NCBI GenBank assembly: GCA_002168225.1
Contig: NHBH01000001.1
Coordinates: 1,126,370 to 1,190,369 of the forward strand
Reading direction: 5' to 3'
Source: Micavibrio sp. TMED2
GTDB lineage: Bacteria > Pseudomonadota > Alphaproteobacteria > TMED2
DNA length: 64,000 nt
Part shown: piece after piece, positions 60,676 to 64,000 of the stretch
Numbering within the stretch: the stretch's first letter is position 1
Layout: the number at the start of each line of letters is the position of its first letter
Notes under the pieces: generated by a model
Seen by the model: the letters and a program-made list of their open reading frames with translations, nothing else
What the model was told of the DNA's origin: nothing
The model's database searches: none
Made by a program: the position numbers and the translations under genes

Positions 60676-62538
60676 ATGGCCAGAGACATTGATCGTGAAA
60701 AAGTAATCGGCCGCCGCGCTCTGATACTGGGAGCGGGCCAGTTGGCGCTGTTTACCGGGCTTGGTGCACGGCTTTACCAGTTGCAGGTACTTGAGGGCGA
60801 TCGATACACCATGCTGGCCGAGGACAACCGGATCAACCTCCGGCTCCTGGCCCCGCTGCGTGGTATCATCACCGACCGTCATGGCGAGCCGCTGGCATCG
60901 AATCGTCAGGCATTCCGGCTCGTGGTTGTCTCCGAACAGACGCCGAGCGTGGAGAAGACGCTCAATGATCTGAAAAGCCTCGTGCCGATCAATGACGATG
61001 AGATTGCCGATATCATCAAGGAAATCCACCGCAAGCGTGCCTTCACCCCGGTAACGGTGAAGGAGAACCTGAGCTGGGATCAGGTCTCGACGGTTGAGGT
61101 CAACCTGCCCGATCTGCCGGGTATCCAGACCGAGGTTGCCTCGGTCCGCTACTATCCGGACGGTCCGGCCTTTGCCCATATGATCGGCTATGTCGGTGCG
61201 GTATCGCCTGCGGACCAGAAGGCGGGGGAGCCGGTACTCAACCTGCCGTCATTCAAGATCGGCAAGAACGGGCTTGAGCGGAAATATGAAACCGAGCTGC
61301 GTGGCATTGCCGGAACCAGTCAGGTCGAGGTCAATGCGCTGGGTCGGGTGATCCGGGAACTGTCCCGCGATGAGGGCCATCCCGGTGATGAAATGGCGCT
61401 GACCATCGATGCCGAGTTGCAGCGCTTTACCCATGAGCGGCTGTCGCGTGAACGCAGTGCCTCGGCAGCCGTCATGGATGTGCACAGTGGCGATGTCTAT
61501 GCGCTAGCCTCCCATCCGGGCTTCGATCCCAATGATTTTGTCTATGGCATTTCGGCGACCAAATGGCAGGGGCTGCTCAATGACCCGGCGGCACCCCTGA
61601 CCCATAAGGCAATCGGCGGGCAATATCCGCCCGGCTCCACCTTCAAGATGCTGACCGCACTGGCAGCACTGGAGGCCGGTGTCGTCTCGCCCGAGGAGAC
61701 GGTGTTCTGTCGTGGCCATATGCAGCTTGGCAACCACCGGTTCCACTGCTGGAAACGCGGTGGCCATGGTCATATGAATCTGGCCGACAGCCTCGCCCAG
61801 AGCTGTGACGTCTATTACTACGAAATGGCCATGCGGCTCGGTATCGACAAGATCGCCGAAATGGCGCGGCGGTTCGGTATAGGCCAACTGACCGGTATTG
61901 ATCTGCCGGGTGAGCGCCCTGGCCTCATGCCGGACCAGAACTGGAAGCTGGGGGCGATCGGGGAACGCTGGCAGCGCGGTGAAAGCCTCGTGGCCTCGAT
62001 CGGGCAGGGCTATGTCCTGACAACGCCGCTGCAACTGGCCCTGATGACGGCACGGCTGGCCAATGGTGGGCTGGCGGTGGAGCCACGGATCATTCGCAGC
62101 CTTGGCAGCGATGGAGAGCCTGTCCGTGAGGCAGAGTCTCTTAATGTCTCAAAAGAGCATTTGCGCCTCGTACTCAATGGCATGAACCGGGTGACCAATC
62201 ATGCGCGCGGTACAGCCTATCGCTCGCGGATCACCGAGGCGGGTATGGAAATGGCGGGCAAGACCGGTACGGCACAGGTAAAGCGGATCAGTCTTGCCGA
62301 CCGCCGGGCCGGGGTGAAGAACGAGGATCTGGAATGGAAGTATCGCCACCACGCCCTGTTTGTCGGTTTCGCGCCGTTTGACCGGCCGCGCTATGCCTGT
62401 GCGGTCGTGGTCGATCATGGCGGTGGTGGATCAAGCACGGCGGCACCGATTGCCCGCGACATCCTGAAGGCGGTACAGGAACGCCGCCCGGCGGACCCGT
62501 CGCCGGGTGCGATAACACCACTGGATCAACCGATATGA
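60676..62538 (+). CDS. mrdA: penicillin-binding protein 2 (peptidoglycan D,D-transpeptidase)
   Basis: PBP dimerisation plus transpeptidase domains (STFK, KTGTA motifs). Confidence 0.85.
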   Translation: MARDIDREKVIGRRALILGAGQLALFTGLGARLYQLQVLEGDRYTMLAEDNRINLRLLAPLRGIITDRHGEPLASNRQAFRLVVVSEQTPSVEKTLNDLKSLVPINDDEIADIIKEIHRKRAFTPVTVKENLSWDQVSTVEVNLPDLPGIQTEVASVRYYPDGPAFAHMIGYVGAVSPADQKAGEPVLNLPSFKIGKNGLERKYETELRGIAGTSQVEVNALGRVIRELSRDEGHPGDEMALTIDAELQRFTHERLSRERSASAAVMDVHSGDVYALASHPGFDPNDFVYGISATKWQGLLNDPAAPLTHKAIGGQYPPGSTFKMLTALAALEAGVVSPEETVFCRGHMQLGNHRFHCWKRGGHGHMNLADSLAQSCDVYYYEMAMRLGIDKIAEMARRFGIGQLTGIDLPGERPGLMPDQNWKLGAIGERWQRGESLVASIGQGYVLTTPLQLALMTARLANGGLAVEPRIIRSLGSDGEPVREAESLNVSKEHLRLVLNGMNRVTNHARGTAYRSRITEAGMEMAGKTGTAQVKRISLADRRAGVKNEDLEWKYRHHALFVGFAPFDRPRYACAVVVDHGGGGSSTAAPIARDILKAVQERRPADPSPGAITPLDQPI

Positions 62539-62557
62539 TCACCGGGAGTGCAGCCAT

Positions 62558-63718
62558 ATGAGCCTCGTTGGACTGGGCGGCCCGGATCGCGACTGGCATC
62601 CACTGCGCCGTCTGACCGGAATTTCAATTATCCTGCTGATCCTGATCCTGAGCATTGGCGGTGTCGGTGTGACCGCGCTCTATTCGGCTGCCGGTGGCAG
62701 CATGGACCCCTGGGCAAACCGACACGCCATTCGGCTTGGCATTGGCATTGTCGCCATGATGATGCTGGCGATGATCGATCTGCGTTACTGGTTCCGGCTT
62801 GCCTATCCGATTTATGCAATCGGCATTCTCAGCCTGATCGGGGTTGCGATCATCGGCGAGATCGGCGGCGGCGCCCAGCGCTGGCTGCAGATCGGTCCCT
62901 TGCAGATCCAGCCATCGGAGTTCATGAAAATTGCCGTGGTGCTGGCGCTGGCTCGCTACTACCACACTCAGACACTCCAGGAAGTGACCCGCTGGCGTAA
63001 TCTGGTTGTGCCCGCGGTACTGATCGGCCTGCCGGTGGCGCTGGTGCTGAAACAGCCGGACCTCGGCACCTCGATCATGATCGCTGCTGCCGGTGGTGCC
63101 ATGGTGTTCCTGTCCGGGGTACAGCTCTGGAAATTCGGATTGGCGGCAGGACTTGGTGCGGCGGCGGTGCCGGTGGTCTGGTCCCAACTGCATGATTATC
63201 AGAAGAAGCGGGTAATGACCTTTATCAATCCCGAAGCGGACCCGCTCGGTGCCGGGTATCACATTACCCAGTCCAAGATTGCCCTTGGTTCCGGCGGCGT
63301 GTCGGGTAAGGGGTTCCTGCAGGGAACCCAGAGCCACCTGAATTTTCTGCCTGAGAAGCAGACCGATTTCATCTTCACCCTCTGGGCCGAGGAATGGGGG
63401 CTTATGGGCGGCGTATTGGTGATTGTGCTCTTCGCCCTGATCCTGCTCTACGGCATCCTGCTTGCCCACCGCTGTCGCAACCATTTCGGCCGGTTGCTGG
63501 CGCTCGGCCTATCGGTCAACCTGTTCCTGTATCTGGCCGTCAATATCTCCATGGTCACCGGGCTGATCCCGGTTGTCGGCGCACCACTGCCGCTCATCTC
63601 CTATGGTGGGACGGCCATGCTCGCGGTGATGATCGGGTTCGGGCTGATGATGGCTGTCTCGATCAACCGGGATACCGAAATCCCGCGTCATCCGGGGCGG
63701 TTGCCCGGCTTTGACTGA
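62558..63718 (+). CDS. rodA: peptidoglycan glycosyltransferase RodA (SEDS family)
   Basis: FtsW/RodA/SpoVE-like polytopic protein following mrdA. Confidence 0.85.
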   Translation: MSLVGLGGPDRDWHPLRRLTGISIILLILILSIGGVGVTALYSAAGGSMDPWANRHAIRLGIGIVAMMMLAMIDLRYWFRLAYPIYAIGILSLIGVAIIGEIGGGAQRWLQIGPLQIQPSEFMKIAVVLALARYYHTQTLQEVTRWRNLVVPAVLIGLPVALVLKQPDLGTSIMIAAAGGAMVFLSGVQLWKFGLAAGLGAAAVPVVWSQLHDYQKKRVMTFINPEADPLGAGYHITQSKIALGSGGVSGKGFLQGTQSHLNFLPEKQTDFIFTLWAEEWGLMGGVLVIVLFALILLYGILLAHRCRNHFGRLLALGLSVNLFLYLAVNISMVTGLIPVVGAPLPLISYGGTAMLAVMIGFGLMMAVSINRDTEIPRHPGRLPGFD

Positions 63719-63729
63719 TCAGATGTGGA

Positions 63730-63996
63730 TCAGCGGGTCGCTGTTTTGATCATATCTGGTGCCGGTGCCGTGGCTATTTCCAGCAGCAGCTTTTCCAGAA
63801 TGATGTCGTGAAATTCAGCCGGTTCCTCGACGGTTTTGACGAAAGCGCCATTGCCACCGATGATGTCCCGCTCGTAATGCAGCACAAGCGGTATGCCGCC
63901 CGGCCCGGTCATGCCGCCACCGCGATAGTTGAGCGCCAGCCCGTTGATCGTAATCCCGTCACCCAATGCCTGTTGCCGGGCGATGGGCAGGGGCAT
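63730..63996 (-). CDS. C-terminal fragment of a hypothetical protein (gene continues beyond window end)
   Basis: ORF reaching window edge; TINGLAL segment; incomplete. Confidence 0.3.
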   Translation of the reverse strand: MPLPIARQQALGDGITINGLALNYRGGGMTGPGGIPLVLHYERDIIGGNGAFVKTVEEPAEFHDIILEKLLLEIATAPAPDMIKTATR

Positions 63997-64000
63997 CCCG

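Overview
This is a GC-rich (about 60%) chromosomal segment that looks alphaproteobacterial. It carries a HemA-type 5-aminolevulinate synthase and a circularly permuted two-piece tmRNA gene. Most of the window is conserved housekeeping. The recognisable gene groups are the etfB-etfA-hbd operon, gluQ, hemA, an oligopeptide-type ABC importer, a large acyl-CoA dehydrogenase, MOFRL-family glycerate kinase, thyX, azoR, apbC/mrp, hflK-hflC-DUF2065, degP, serB, miaA, ilvI-ilvH-ilvC, an MCP, leuA and mreB-mreC-mreD-mrdA-rodA. No rRNA, tRNA or CRISPR array was seen. The most notable features are as follows. (1) A permuted ssrA (tmRNA) gene on the minus strand with tag reading frame ANDNNAAPVALAA-stop, lying directly upstream of an alpha-type sspB adaptor gene, with a nested palindromic repeat between them. 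(2) Two sharply AT-rich single-gene insertions: a DUF2971-like gene fused onto the 3' end of thyX, and a DUF2628-like membrane protein after the ilvC terminator. (3) A Leu-codon-rich leader ORF upstream of leuA. (4) Several blocks of uncharacterised genes, including a zincin-like HExxH protein with two tandem paralogous unknowns, and a three-gene envelope-protein operon. Coordinates of starts are best guesses from reading frames and RBS context. Family names come from motif recognition by eye, not from searches.
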